Numbered from the stretch's first letter, positions 50,693 through 61,418 are shown. The stretch is DNA of 64,000 nt from Kiritimatiellia bacterium (GCA_050950285.1 JBMNHG010000006.1:105167-169166); one strand, 5' to 3'. Made by a program: numbers and translations. Notes: generated by a model from the sequence alone, not told the origin.

Positions 50693-53638
50693 CTATCGAA
50701 GGACAAGCGACTTCCGGACGGCTTCGACGGCCTCCCCGGACGCAGCGAGATCCGCGGCGCCGGCGGCCTCCGCGGAGAAGAACAGGAGCCCGTCCGCCAG
50801 CGGCGCAATCCAGCTTTCGCGGGCGAGGCGCTTCGCGCCGGGGTGCATCGCGGGGTCGAGGTCGAGGCGGATGCGCCATGCCGGGAAGCCGTTCCATTCC
50901 GCCACGGCAATCTCATGGCGATCGGACGCGGCGAGCGCGGGGAGCAGGCCTTGCGCGGCGTCGGCGTCGGCGGCTCCCGGCACGATCTTCGCGGAAATCG
51001 CGGCGCGCCCCGCCTTGGAGGGCAGCGGGTCCGGAAGGACGGCGGATGCGGCACGGTTCTCCGCAGGCAGCCCGGGCAGGAGGCGGAGGGGAGGACGCGA
51101 CGCGGGGATGTCCACCGCGGGCGTGGGGGAGAGGCCGTCGAGGGCGAACTGGAGAATGCCGCGAAGGTCGTGATCCCACTGCGGCCACGTCATCTCGAGA
51201 TCGTTCGCCTCGTACTCGAGCTTCACGGCGTCGGTCCCGACGTCCGCCCCGTCCAGGCGGACCTTGGCCGGCACGCCCGGCTTGACCTTCACGGTGCGGG
51301 GAGAGGCGCCGTTGTCCCCGGTGCCGCCGCGGGCGGGGAAAGCGCCGCAGGCGACCTCGACCGTGCCCCTCACGTTTCCGGTGAAGGCGACGACGGGCAC
51401 GCCGTCCGTGTCGCGGGAGAAGGAAACATTGGAAAGCATGGGGCCTTCGCGGTTTTCGACAACGCGAAGGAAGCGCGGATAGTCGGTGCTTTCCACGCGG
51501 ACGACGAGCTCGTCGCTGCCGCGCTCCAGCACCTGCACGGGCACCCCGGCGTCGGTGATGGGGTCCCAGGCGGAAACCCTGGCGCCCTTCCCGCGGAGGT
51601 TTTCGAAGGTGATGTCGAAGGTCTGGGGGGGCATCGAATAGCGGGCGGGATCGAGGGGGTCCGCGGAGTCGTCCCAGACCTTCGTGATGTCGTGGGTGAC
51701 GACGTAGTAGCCGATGGCGAAGGTCCGCTCGTCGAGCTGGAAGGGCAGGATGGCGAAATCGTCGCGATGGAAGCGGTCGGGATTGCCGGGCGTGCCGTCG
51801 CCCTTCCAGAAGAGGCGGGGGTCGTGTTCGACGAGGGCGGCGACCCCGAGTTTCCGCGCGACGTCGATGGGCTTGCCCTCGCGGAACATGCGGGTGACCC
51901 GTCCGACGGCCTCGACTTGCGGGCCCACGGCGGCGCGGACCTCGTCGGTGAGCTGGCCGCCCGCCTTCTCGAGGGCGTCGAAGTAGGTGGAAGGAAGGAC
52001 GCCGAAGGCGGCGTCGTCGCGGCCTTGGGCGTGGAAGACGTTGTGGGTGGTCTCGCCCTTGTGCCCGCAGAAGAGGAGTTCGCGGAGAAGCCAGCGGGCG
52101 GCGAGGCCGTGCATCATCGAGACGAGGCGCGGGTCGTCGCCCTCGCAACCGGCCTCGCGCATGACCTTGCCGTGGAAGTCGGCGCGGAAGGTGTTCACCT
52201 CCGTGCGCCACACCTGGCCGGGGCGGCCGTCGCCATTGTGGCCGTAGCGATGGTGCCGGGTGAACGGGACGGGGCCGCCGCGGGTGGACGGGAAGGGAAG
52301 CGTGTCGCGCGTGATGTACTCGGTGGCGATCGCATAGTGCCACCATTCGGGGAGCGCCCAGCTCTGGGAGGGGATGAAGAACGAACCGGGCTCGACGGTG
52401 TGCCAGTCGCGTCCGTCCGGCTTCCCCTCGCGTTCGCCGAGGGCGTTGACGGGGCCGTTGCCGGGCTGGTCGGGGTGGTCGGCATCGATGACGCGCGGCG
52501 TCGCGCCGGAATAGTAATGGCGGGAGATCGCGTCGAGGCCGGGCCAGCGCTCGGTGAGGTTGTCCCAGGGACGCTGGTTTGCGAAGCCGTTGATGAGGAC
52601 GACGCCCGGACAGTGGTTCGCGGGGTCGCGCACGAAGTCCACCACCATCGGGAGCAGGGCTTCCGCGCCGCGCGCCTCGAGGCCGGCGGCGTTTCGATAG
52701 ACGAGCGGCTCCTGGAACTCGATGCGGGGATCGTAGTAGTTGTTGATGTCGAGGAAGCAGCTGCCGAAGGTGTATTCGTTCCAGACTTCGATGTCGAAAC
52801 CCGCGTCGGACGGATCCTCCCCGGTGCCGAGGCCTTCCTTGGCGACGCGGCATGCCGTGGCCACGTAGTCCATCCAGTGGGCGATGGATTCGGCGCAGTC
52901 GGGATTGGGGGTGCCGTCGGGATTGACGGAGCCGGAGAGGGGGCGGACCTTCGTCTCGCTGAGCGTGATGTCGCCGGCCTCGAGGTCCACGGGCAGCGGG
53001 GCGGAGAGTTCGCAGCGCCCGGTGGCGGGGTCGGCGGAGACGAGGATGGGATAGATGGCGCGGTAGTCGTTCAAGTTCGTGAGCCCGGTATAGCCCGTGC
53101 GGACGCCATCGAGGTTTTCGAGCACGATGAAGCGCTGCCCGGCGGGGGCGTCCTCGGCCAGCTTTGCGGGGAACCAGCGGGTGGCGCAGGGCACGCCGTG
53201 GTGGGCGTTGAGGAGGATGAGCGGGCGGAGTCCGGCGGCGCGGAGGGCGCGGAGCGTGCGCTTCATCCCCTCTTCGTTGCCGAAGCGTCCGCCTTCCCAG
53301 GCCATGTTGCCCCAGCCCCATTCGATCCGGGCGGAGCGGAAGCCGGCCTCGGCAAGCAGCCGCGCGGTGGTCTCGGCGCCGTCGCCGAAGTTCACGCCCG
53401 GCATCTCGAACCAGCGGGAGGCGGGCCAGGTGTCCATGTACGCCCGCCATGGGGTGAGGTAGTAGGAGCGCTGCCCGAAGTTCACCTCCGACTGGCGCGG
53501 GTCCTCATAGGGACCGGCAAGCCTGGCCGTGGTGGCGCCGGCTGCCGGGACGGACGCCGCGCGCGAAGCGAGGGGCGGCCCGAGCGCGAGCGCGAGAAGG
53601 GCTGCGAACGAGAGAGGCGCCGAAGTTTTCATGCTCAT
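50693..53638 (-). CDS. Secreted large protein with an N-terminal clan GH-A-like (beta/alpha)8 glycoside hydrolase domain
   Basis: Signal peptide MSMKTSAPLSFAALLALALGPPLASRA, then RIEWGWGNMAWEGG...LLNAHHG...FDIEVWNEYTF (WNE acid/base-like motif). Confidence 0.5.
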   Translation of the reverse strand: MSMKTSAPLSFAALLALALGPPLASRAASVPAAGATTARLAGPYEDPRQSEVNFGQRSYYLTPWRAYMDTWPASRWFEMPGVNFGDGAETTARLLAEAGFRSARIEWGWGNMAWEGGRFGNEEGMKRTLRALRAAGLRPLILLNAHHGVPCATRWFPAKLAEDAPAGQRFIVLENLDGVRTGYTGLTNLNDYRAIYPILVSADPATGRCELSAPLPVDLEAGDITLSETKVRPLSGSVNPDGTPNPDCAESIAHWMDYVATACRVAKEGLGTGEDPSDAGFDIEVWNEYTFGSCFLDINNYYDPRIEFQEPLVYRNAAGLEARGAEALLPMVVDFVRDPANHCPGVVLINGFANQRPWDNLTERWPGLDAISRHYYSGATPRVIDADHPDQPGNGPVNALGEREGKPDGRDWHTVEPGSFFIPSQSWALPEWWHYAIATEYITRDTLPFPSTRGGPVPFTRHHRYGHNGDGRPGQVWRTEVNTFRADFHGKVMREAGCEGDDPRLVSMMHGLAARWLLRELLFCGHKGETTHNVFHAQGRDDAAFGVLPSTYFDALEKAGGQLTDEVRAAVGPQVEAVGRVTRMFREGKPIDVARKLGVAALVEHDPRLFWKGDGTPGNPDRFHRDDFAILPFQLDERTFAIGYYVVTHDITKVWDDSADPLDPARYSMPPQTFDITFENLRGKGARVSAWDPITDAGVPVQVLERGSDELVVRVESTDYPRFLRVVENREGPMLSNVSFSRDTDGVPVVAFTGNVRGTVEVACGAFPARGGTGDNGASPRTVKVKPGVPAKVRLDGADVGTDAVKLEYEANDLEMTWPQWDHDLRGILQFALDGLSPTPAVDIPASRPPLRLLPGLPAENRAASAVLPDPLPSKAGRAAISAKIVPGAADADAAQGLLPALAASDRHEIAVAEWNGFPAWRIRLDLDPAMHPGAKRLARESWIAPLADGLLFFSAEAAGAADLAASGEAVEAVRKSLVLR

Positions 53639-53801
53639 GTCGCCATGGTATCGACCCGGGCCTGCGAATGCAAACGGAATCGGGGGCGAATCGGGAAGGC
53701 AGGCCGGGAGGGCCGGACGGGCAAATCGTCTTTACTTGGACTGCGTCCGAGCCTATCTTGCGCCTACCGCTCCCCCACCCTTCCGCGAAAGGATTCCTCC
53801 C

Positions 53802-54458
53802 ATGACCGTCCATCGGCTCCTTCAGGTTTTCTGCGCTTTCCTCGCCGCGACCGCCTGCGCCACCGCGGCGGACCGCATGCACCACCGTTCCGGCGACGCA
53901 GGCCGCCCCGCACCCGGGAGCCGGACCTATTCCATGGCCTTCTTCCGCGGCAGCCACCACGACGACGTGGATGGAATCGGCCTCGGCTTCTTCCCGATGC
54001 ACCGGAACGTCTCCGGCGTCGAAATCGGACTCCTGGGCGAAGTGCTGGACGGCGACCTCCGCGGCTTCGGCTGGGGGACGCTTTGGTCGGTTGTCGGGGG
54101 CGGACTCCGCGGCGGACAATTCGCGCTCCTCACGTGCATCGCGGACGAGCCCTCCGCCGGATGCCAGATTTCGGGGGTGGCCAGTTCCGCCGGCGAGTTT
54201 TCGGGCGTCCAGCTCGCCCTTCTCCACAACAAGGCGAAAGCGATGGAAGGCGTCCAGTTGAGCCTCCTTGCGAACACCGTCGGCGGGGACTTGTCGGGCG
54301 TCCAGATGGCCATCGTGAACCGTGCCGCGAAGGTCCGCGGCGTGCAGTTTGGGCTTCTCAACTTCGCGGACAGCCTGTACGGTGTGCAAATCGGCCTGGG
54401 CAACTCCGTGAACGATTCGCCGTTGCCCTGGATGCCGATCCTGAACGCTTCCTTCTGA
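53802..54458 (+). CDS. Secreted repeat protein with GxQxxLxN repeats (LA_2272-like surface repeat type)
   Basis: MTVHRLLQVFCAFLAATACATA is the signal sequence. Repeats follow: SGVEIGLLGEV, GVQLALLHN, GVQLSLLAN, GVQMAIVN, GVQFGLLN, GVQIGLGN. Confidence 0.55.
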   Translation: MTVHRLLQVFCAFLAATACATAADRMHHRSGDAGRPAPGSRTYSMAFFRGSHHDDVDGIGLGFFPMHRNVSGVEIGLLGEVLDGDLRGFGWGTLWSVVGGGLRGGQFALLTCIADEPSAGCQISGVASSAGEFSGVQLALLHNKAKAMEGVQLSLLANTVGGDLSGVQMAIVNRAAKVRGVQFGLLNFADSLYGVQIGLGNSVNDSPLPWMPILNASF

Positions 54459-54486
54459 TCCCGAATTCGCGGGAGGGCCTTTCCCG

Positions 54487-56091
54487 ATGATGATGAACCG
54501 ACTTGCGGGCACACGGTGTCTTCTTTCCTTTTCCTGCGCGGCGTTTGCGCTGGCCTTGGCGCTTCCGCCTCGCGCCGGCGGTGCGGATGCGGATGCGTTG
54601 TTCGCCAATCCCGGCCTGGAGGAACTCGACGAGGCCGGAACCTGGCCGGCCGGATGGCCGAAGGGCGGCGAGGCCGTGACCTTCCACGAGGAAGACGGCA
54701 ACCGCTTCCTCCGCATCACGTCGGGCGGCGTGGAGACGATGGACATGCTGTACCTGCGGGCCGCCGTTCCCGGCGACGCGCGGACGCTGGCGCTCACCGT
54801 CCGCGTGCGGCATGCCGACGTCCGAAGCGGCCGCGAAAACTGGAACGACGCCCGGATCATCGTCAACGCGCTCGACGACACCGGAAAGAAGACCGACCTC
54901 GGCGGGCCGCGTTTCCTGGGCACCTCCGGAGGCTGGGTCCAGTCCGCCACGCGCCTGGCGCTCCCCGCCGGGACGGTCGCCGTGGAGATGATCCCGTGCC
55001 TGTTCCATGCGGAATCCGGAACGATGGACATCGACGACGTTTCCCTCGCGGTCGTCGGCGTCCGGCGGCAGGCCGCGCCTCCGCTGGAAGAGGCGGACAC
55101 GCCCGTCGTCCGCGGGAACGCGATCGAAACCCTCGACGGCCGCCCCCTCCTCCTCCGCGGCTTGAACATCCCGAGCCTGGAATGGAACGTCCGGGGCGAG
55201 CGGGTCCTGGAGTCCGCGCAGGTGGCGGTGGACGACTGGAGGGCGAATCTGATCCGCCTGGCGGTGAGTCCGCTTTTCTGGTTCGGGCGCGGGGGCGAAC
55301 AGAACGACTGGAACGCGCAGGACGACGGCGGCGAAGCCTATCGCGCGCTGGTGGACGACGTGGTCGCATACGCCAACCGGCGCGGGTGCTACGTGCTCCT
55401 CGACCTCCATGTCTACCGTTCGCCCACGGAAGAGCACGCCGCGTTCTGGCGCGACGCGGCGAAGCGCTACGCCAACCGGCCCGGCGTCCTCTTCGACCTC
55501 ATGAACGAGCCGCACGACACGAGCTGGAAGATCTGGCGCGACGGCGGCGTCTACACCGAGGACGGGAAGGATGCCGACCCCGCGGGGAAGACGGCCGCCG
55601 GCGCCGTCCTCCACCGTTCGATCGGGATGCAGGCCCTCGTCGATGCCGTGCGGGAGAGCGGCGCGAAGAACATCGTCGTCTGCGGAGGCCTGGACTGGGC
55701 CTACGACCTCACGGGCGTCATGAACGGCTATGGGCTTCGCGACCCGGACGGGAACGGCATCGTCTACTCGGCGCACATCTACCCCTGGAAGAGCGGGTGG
55801 GACGAGAAGGTGCTTGTGGCGGCGAAGGCGCATCCCGTCCTCGTGGGCGAAGTGGGATGCCAGGAGCAGCCGATGCCGTGGGAGGCCGTCGCCCAGAATC
55901 CCTACAAGTGGGCGCCGGACATCCTCGCCTACCTGGGGAAGCACCGGCTGCATTGGGCGGCATGGAGCTTCCATCCCTCCGCCTCGCCCTGCGTCGTCTC
56001 CGATTGGGACTACCATCCCACGCCGGCCTGGGGGGCCTTCGTCCGCGCGGCGCTGGAAGGGGCCGTCTTCCAAAGCGACCGGACGCGGTAG
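54487..56091 (+). CDS. Glycoside hydrolase family 5 (cellulase/mannanase-type) with an N-terminal CBM-like beta-sandwich
   Basis: Signal peptide, then LLLRGLNIPSLEW...NLIRL...YVLLDLH...VLFDLMNEPH (acid/base) ...PVLVGEVG (nucleophile). Confidence 0.75.
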   Translation: MMMNRLAGTRCLLSFSCAAFALALALPPRAGGADADALFANPGLEELDEAGTWPAGWPKGGEAVTFHEEDGNRFLRITSGGVETMDMLYLRAAVPGDARTLALTVRVRHADVRSGRENWNDARIIVNALDDTGKKTDLGGPRFLGTSGGWVQSATRLALPAGTVAVEMIPCLFHAESGTMDIDDVSLAVVGVRRQAAPPLEEADTPVVRGNAIETLDGRPLLLRGLNIPSLEWNVRGERVLESAQVAVDDWRANLIRLAVSPLFWFGRGGEQNDWNAQDDGGEAYRALVDDVVAYANRRGCYVLLDLHVYRSPTEEHAAFWRDAAKRYANRPGVLFDLMNEPHDTSWKIWRDGGVYTEDGKDADPAGKTAAGAVLHRSIGMQALVDAVRESGAKNIVVCGGLDWAYDLTGVMNGYGLRDPDGNGIVYSAHIYPWKSGWDEKVLVAAKAHPVLVGEVGCQEQPMPWEAVAQNPYKWAPDILAYLGKHRLHWAAWSFHPSASPCVVSDWDYHPTPAWGAFVRAALEGAVFQSDRTR

Positions 56092-56102
56092 CCGCCCGCG
56101 GG

Positions 56103-57503
56103 TCAGGACGCGCGCGTCAGGTTCCGGATCCAGGTGAAGCGGTTGATTTTCACGGCGGCCACGAAACACTTGGCGACCTGGTCCGACAGCAGGATGGCGT
56201 AGACGGCCCAATCCGGCGCATGGAAGACGAAACGCGCGAGGAGGGCGCCGGGGAGGACCCAGCAGAAGACCCAGAACGCGTCGTTCTTGAAGACGAACGA
56301 AGTGTCGCCCCCGGCCTTCACGAGGCCCATCAGGCAGGGGGCCTGGTAGGCGCGGCCCATCACCGAGAAGGCGAGCACGAGGAGGAAGACGCGCGCCGCA
56401 TCGACGGTTTCGGGTTCGAGGGTGTAGAAGGACACGAAGAAATCGCCCGCGAAAAGGACGATGAGGAAGCTCGCTGCGCCGATGGCGGCGAAGACGCCCT
56501 GCATGCGCCGCGCGTAGGACCGGATGGTGGCGAGGCCCGCGCCCGCGCCGATCAACGTGCCGGTAAGGATCCCCATCGCGGAGGCCAGGCCGACGGTGCC
56601 GGTCCAAAGGAGGCCGTCGAGGTTCTCGGCGACGCTCACCGCGGCGGAGGACGAGGCGTCGAAATGCCCCACGATGGCGCGCATGGAAAACTTGTTGACG
56701 ACCCACACGATCTGGCCGAGCATCAGCGGCGTGCCGTAGCGGACGAGATCCCGGAGGAGCGCGCGGTCGCGCCGCAGGAAGTCGCGGGGGCGGAAGCGGA
56801 GGCGGGTGTCGATGCGGAGCACGAAGACCAGCGCGATCGCGAACTCGGCCAGGCGGGAGACCACCGTGGCCCAGGCGGCGCCCTCCACCCCCAGCGCGGG
56901 CGCGCCCCAGTTGCCGAAGATGAGCGCGTAGTTCAGCGCCACGTTCACCCCGAGGGCGGCCAGTGAATTGACCAGCCCGATGGACACGACCTCCACGGTC
57001 CGCATGGCGGACACGAGGATGGTCGTTCCGCCGAAGAAGAGGTACGACACGCTCACGACGCGCAGATAGGCCGCGCCCGTGTCGATGGCGGGGGCGGAGT
57101 CGGTCAAGATGCCGAGAATCTGCCGCGGGCAGAGGAACGCCGCGGCGAAGACCGCGACGGCGATGGCGAGGGCGCCGCGCAGGCAGATGGCGACGATCGT
57201 CTTGATGCGCCCGGTGTCGCGGCGCCCCCAGTACTGCGCGCAGAGGACCGTCATGGCGCTTCCCACGCCGAAGAGGAGCATGGAGAGCACGAACTGGACG
57301 ATCGCCGCCATGAAGAGGCCGTTGATGGCCGCCTCGCCCAGCCGGCCGATCATCAGATTGTCCGCCAGCGTCACGCCATAGGTGACGAGGTTCTGGCCCA
57401 CGATCGGGAGGGCCAGGCGAACCATGCGCCGATAGATGCCCGCCAGAGGCGCGTCAACGGGCTTCCCGGCGTCCATGGGCGCAGCGGCTAGCGAAGCGTC
57501 CAC
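56103..57503 (-). CDS. MATE family efflux transporter
   Basis: YRRMVRLALPIVGQNLVTYGVTLADNLMIGRLGEAAINGL with 12 hydrophobic segments. The exact start is uncertain. Confidence 0.8.
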   Translation of the reverse strand: MDASLAAAPMDAGKPVDAPLAGIYRRMVRLALPIVGQNLVTYGVTLADNLMIGRLGEAAINGLFMAAIVQFVLSMLLFGVGSAMTVLCAQYWGRRDTGRIKTIVAICLRGALAIAVAVFAAAFLCPRQILGILTDSAPAIDTGAAYLRVVSVSYLFFGGTTILVSAMRTVEVVSIGLVNSLAALGVNVALNYALIFGNWGAPALGVEGAAWATVVSRLAEFAIALVFVLRIDTRLRFRPRDFLRRDRALLRDLVRYGTPLMLGQIVWVVNKFSMRAIVGHFDASSSAAVSVAENLDGLLWTGTVGLASAMGILTGTLIGAGAGLATIRSYARRMQGVFAAIGAASFLIVLFAGDFFVSFYTLEPETVDAARVFLLVLAFSVMGRAYQAPCLMGLVKAGGDTSFVFKNDAFWVFCWVLPGALLARFVFHAPDWAVYAILLSDQVAKCFVAAVKINRFTWIRNLTRAS

Positions 57504-58561
57504 TGGTAGAGGAGGCGGGGGGAACGCGCGCCTTCCAGAATCCCCGCCAGGGCGGACAGGTCGAAAAAGGAGGGGCTGCCGCGGAAGACGTGCCAGAAGG
57601 AGAACTTCTCCTCGTAGCGGATCACCTCGAGATCGTCGGCGCTTTCGAGCCCCAGAAGGTTCGCCGCGGCGTCCAGCGCGTCGATTTCATAGCCGATGCC
57701 GTCGATGAAACCCCTCTCCAGCGCGGCCGGCGCGAGGAAGACGCGGCCGTCGGCGAACTGGCGGACGACGTCGGCGGGGAGATCGCGGTTTTCCGCGACC
57801 AGGGCGACAAAGCGGCCGTGGAGCCGGTCGACCACCTCCCGGAGGAGGGCCTCCTGCGCGGGGGTCATTTCGAGGAGGGGGTTGAGCAGCGCCTTGTTCT
57901 CGCCGGACATGATGGAGGCGTCCTTCACGCCGAGCTTCTCGGCGAGGGCGTGGACGTCGTAGGCCTGGACGATCACGCCGATGGAGCCGGTGAGCGTGGT
58001 GGGGTGCGCGTAGATGCGGTCGGCGGCGAGGGAGACGTAGTAGGCCCCCGACGCGGCGGTGTCGCCGAAGTGGGCGACCACCACGCGATTCGGGCGGGCG
58101 TTCCGGAACTGGACGAGGGCGTTGTACAGGATGTCGCTGGCGGTGATCCCGCCGCCGCCGCTGTCGACATCGAGGAAGATGCCGGAAATGGACTCGTCGA
58201 GGGTGGCGCGGCGGATGGATCGGAGCGTCGTCTCGGTGGAGCCGATCGCGGCGGGCGTGGCGGAGCCCTGCTTGAAGTGGATGGTCCCCATGAGCGGGAT
58301 GCGCACCACGCGGGTGGTCCCGCTCCCGGACGACCAAACCTCCGCCATCTCCGGGCATTCGTCTTGGCCGACATCGCCGGGCATGCCGCCTTGACCCTCG
58401 AGTATCGCGCCGAGGAGCCCCACGGCGAGAAGGGCCGGGATCCCCAGGACAAAGGCGACGCCGAGGGCGATCAGGCCGGCCACGAGGCAACCGCAGCCCT
58501 TGCGGTTCCTGGGTTCGGGGGCCGGTTGACACGGGAATTGCGAAGCATCGGATTCATTCAT
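57488..58561 (-). CDS. sppA: Signal peptide peptidase SppA (S49, 36K type)
   Basis: N-terminal TM segment, then VVAHFGDTAASGAYYVSLAADRIYAHPTTLTGSIGV (catalytic Ser region). Confidence 0.8.
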   Translation of the reverse strand: MNESDASQFPCQPAPEPRNRKGCGCLVAGLIALGVAFVLGIPALLAVGLLGAILEGQGGMPGDVGQDECPEMAEVWSSGSGTTRVVRIPLMGTIHFKQGSATPAAIGSTETTLRSIRRATLDESISGIFLDVDSGGGGITASDILYNALVQFRNARPNRVVVAHFGDTAASGAYYVSLAADRIYAHPTTLTGSIGVIVQAYDVHALAEKLGVKDASIMSGENKALLNPLLEMTPAQEALLREVVDRLHGRFVALVAENRDLPADVVRQFADGRVFLAPAALERGFIDGIGYEIDALDAAANLLGLESADDLEVIRYEEKFSFWHVFRGSPSFFDLSALAGILEGARSPRLLYQWTLR

Positions 58562-58702
58562 GGCGGGGATATCGTACCACCCTCCTGCCGCGTCCGTCGA
58601 GCCCCCGTGTCGATCTCCTGTTTGGGACCGGTTGCTTCTTGGAATCGCGCGGCCGGTCTGGTATGTTTTTTCTTTTCACCCGCGATCCCCCCCTGTGACC
58701 CC

Positions 58703-61003
58703 ATGAAAGAAAATCCGCTCCAGCAGATTGGCCGCCGCATCCGCGAGACACGCACCGTCCTTGGCATCCCGCCTTCGGAGATGGCGAAGGTGGCCGGCGT
58801 CTCCGAAGACGAGTACCTCCGCCACGAGGAAGGCCTGGTCGATTCCTCCTTCTCCTTCCTCTACCACTGCGCCGAGCGCTTTGGCGTGGACATCGGCGTG
58901 CTGGTCACCGGCGAATCCCCCAAGCTTTCGCACTACGACCTCACCCGGGCCGGCGGCGGCATGCCCATCCGGCGGCGCGTCGGCTTCGAGTACCGCCACC
59001 TCGCGCCCCTCCTGAAGCATCGCCAGGCCGAGCCGTTCGTGGTGACCGCCCCTCCCGGCGACGAATCCGCCCCGATCACCCTCACCACCCATGCGGGCCA
59101 GGAGTTCGACTACGTCTTCTCCGGGCGCCTCAAGATCCAGCTGGGCGACCGCGTGGAGGTGCTCGAACCCGGCGACAGCGTCTTCTACGACTCCTCGCGG
59201 CCGCACGGCATGGTCGCCATCGGCGGCCGGCCCTGCGAGTTCCTGGCGCTCGTGGTCAAAGGCGGCCTCGACGCCCCGGAAATCGTCCCGGCCGCCGCCC
59301 CGGCGGGCAAGGCCCCGATCGCCTCGGCCCGCGAGGGCTTGGTCTGCGCGCGCTTCGCCGATGAAACGCTCGACGAACACGGCCGTCTCGCTTCCATCCG
59401 CTTCCGGGTCCCCGGGAACTACAACTTCGCCTTCGACGTGGTGGACGCCCTCGAGGCGAAGTCCCCCGACCGCACCGCGATGGTGTGGATGGATTCGCTC
59501 CGTCGCGAACGCATCTTCTCCTTCGGCGAGATCGCCCGCGAATCGCGGCGCGCCGCGAACTACCTCGCATCGCTCGGCATCGGCCGGGGCGACCGCGTGA
59601 TGCTCGTCCTGCGCCGCCACTACCAGTTCTGGATCGTGCTCAACGCCCTCCACCGCCTCGGCGCCGTGGCCATCCCCGCGACCCATCTCCTCATGGCCGG
59701 GGACTACGAATACCGCTTCCGGCGCGGCCGCGTGAAGGCCATCGTCTGCGTCGACACGGACGGCGTCCCCGACCACGTGGACGAGGCGGAGGCCCCGGCG
59801 GGCCTCCTGAAGATCCTCGCGGGCGGCACGCGCCCCGGCTGGCGCGACTACGACGCCGAGTGCCCCGCCTTCGGAACCCGCTTCGAGCGTCCCGCCGGAC
59901 AGCGCGCCGCCGACATCGCCCTCATGTTCTTCTCGTCCGGCACCACCGGGCACCCGAAGCTGGTCGCCCACGACCACACCTACTCCCTGGGACACCTGAT
60001 CACGGCGCGCTGGTGGCAGAACGTCGATCCCGACGGCCTGCACCTGACCGTCGCGGACACCGGCTGGGGCAAGGCGCTCTGGGGCAAGATCTATGGGCAG
60101 TGGCTCTGCGAGAGCGCGGTCCTCACCTACGACTTCGACGCCTTCAAGGCCGAGGACCTCCTTTCCGTGATGGAGTCCAAGCGCATCACCTCCTTCTGCG
60201 CCCCCCCCACCATCTACCGCTTCTTCATCAAGGAGGACCTTTCGCGCTTCGACCTCTCCTCCATCCAGCACGCCTCCACCGCGGGCGAAGCCCTCAACCC
60301 GGAGGTCTTCGAGCAGTTCCGCAAGGCCACCGGGCTGACCATCATGGAGGCCTTCGGCCAGACCGAATCGACCCTCCTCCTCGGCAACCTCGCCGGCACC
60401 GCGCCGAAGGTCGGCTCGATGGGACTGCCCTCGCCCGCCTACCACGTCGATCTCGTGGACGAGGACGGCGGCTCCGTCCCCCCCGGCAAGGTCGGCGAAA
60501 TCGTGGTGCGCGGATCTCCCGGCTCCGCCTGCGGCCTCTTCCTGGGGTATTGCGGCGACGACGGCGAAGTCGGCGCCGACGCCTGGAAGGGCGGCCTCTA
60601 CCGCACGGGCGACACCGCCTGGCGCGACGAGGACGGCTACTATTGGTTCGTCGGCCGCATCGACGACGTCATCAAGTCCTCGGGCTATCGCATCGGCCCC
60701 TTCGAGATCGAGAGCGTCCTGATGGAACTGCCCTACGTGCTCGAATGCGCGGTGACCGGTGTGCCCGACCCCGTCCGCGGGCAGATCGTCAAGGCCTCCA
60801 TCGTCCTCAGGGGCCGCGAACCCTCCGACGAACTCCGCCGCGAGATCCAGGACTACGTGAAGCACCGCACCGCGCCCTACAAGTACCCGCGCGCGATCGA
60901 CTTCCTCGATGCGCTGCCCAAGACCATCAGCGGCAAGATCCGCCGCACCGAACTCCGGAAGGCCGACGAAACGGAGGCGCGCCGCCCCGCCGCGGAAGGA
61001 TGA
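58703..61003 (+). CDS. XRE-HTH + cupin domain fused to an AMP-forming acyl-CoA synthetase (medium-chain/ACSM-like)
   Basis: HTH: IGRRIRETRTVLGIPPSEMAKVAGVSEDEYLRHEEG. Cupin: THAGQEFDYVFSGRLKIQLGD...GDSVFYDSSRPHG. Synthetase: MFFSSGTTGHPKLV...YRTGD...SSGYRIGPFEIE...PKTISGKIRR. Confidence 0.85.
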   Translation: MKENPLQQIGRRIRETRTVLGIPPSEMAKVAGVSEDEYLRHEEGLVDSSFSFLYHCAERFGVDIGVLVTGESPKLSHYDLTRAGGGMPIRRRVGFEYRHLAPLLKHRQAEPFVVTAPPGDESAPITLTTHAGQEFDYVFSGRLKIQLGDRVEVLEPGDSVFYDSSRPHGMVAIGGRPCEFLALVVKGGLDAPEIVPAAAPAGKAPIASAREGLVCARFADETLDEHGRLASIRFRVPGNYNFAFDVVDALEAKSPDRTAMVWMDSLRRERIFSFGEIARESRRAANYLASLGIGRGDRVMLVLRRHYQFWIVLNALHRLGAVAIPATHLLMAGDYEYRFRRGRVKAIVCVDTDGVPDHVDEAEAPAGLLKILAGGTRPGWRDYDAECPAFGTRFERPAGQRAADIALMFFSSGTTGHPKLVAHDHTYSLGHLITARWWQNVDPDGLHLTVADTGWGKALWGKIYGQWLCESAVLTYDFDAFKAEDLLSVMESKRITSFCAPPTIYRFFIKEDLSRFDLSSIQHASTAGEALNPEVFEQFRKATGLTIMEAFGQTESTLLLGNLAGTAPKVGSMGLPSPAYHVDLVDEDGGSVPPGKVGEIVVRGSPGSACGLFLGYCGDDGEVGADAWKGGLYRTGDTAWRDEDGYYWFVGRIDDVIKSSGYRIGPFEIESVLMELPYVLECAVTGVPDPVRGQIVKASIVLRGREPSDELRREIQDYVKHRTAPYKYPRAIDFLDALPKTISGKIRRTELRKADETEARRPAAEG

Positions 61004-61007
61004 CCCC

Positions 61008-61418
61008 ATGAGGGATGCGACCGCCACTTTCGCCTGGAGCGTCCTGCTCGCCTGCGGCACCCTCTTCACCGCCTGCGCCAGGACCCCCCCGGACGTCGCC
61101 GGCGCGCGGGACCTCCGCGCCATCGCCTCCGCCCGCGCCCGGGTGGTCTGGGCGCGGGACATGGGCGACGGCTCCGATGTCTGGGCGGAACGCGGGAACA
61201 TCGCCCTGATGGGGCTGGACACCGACGACGGCCGGGGCGCGCGCGCGATCCTCCCCGCGCCCGGAAGCCGGCACCTCCCGCTCCTCACGAAAGACGGCTC
61301 GCGCGTGGTCTTCACCGACAACGCCGAAGACGCCGTCTTCGTGGTCGGCTTCGACGGCGCGAACCTCCGCAAGGTCGCCGGACACGGTGTCGCGGTCGAG
61401 CTCTGGGCCGACCCCCGC
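61008..61418 (+). CDS. Lipoprotein, N-terminal fragment. The upstream part of a frameshift-interrupted gene.
   Basis: MRDATATFAWSVLLACGTLFTACART contains a lipobox. Protein-like sequence runs until ...GHGVAVELWADP, then continues in the frame of 61387-63129. Confidence 0.6.
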
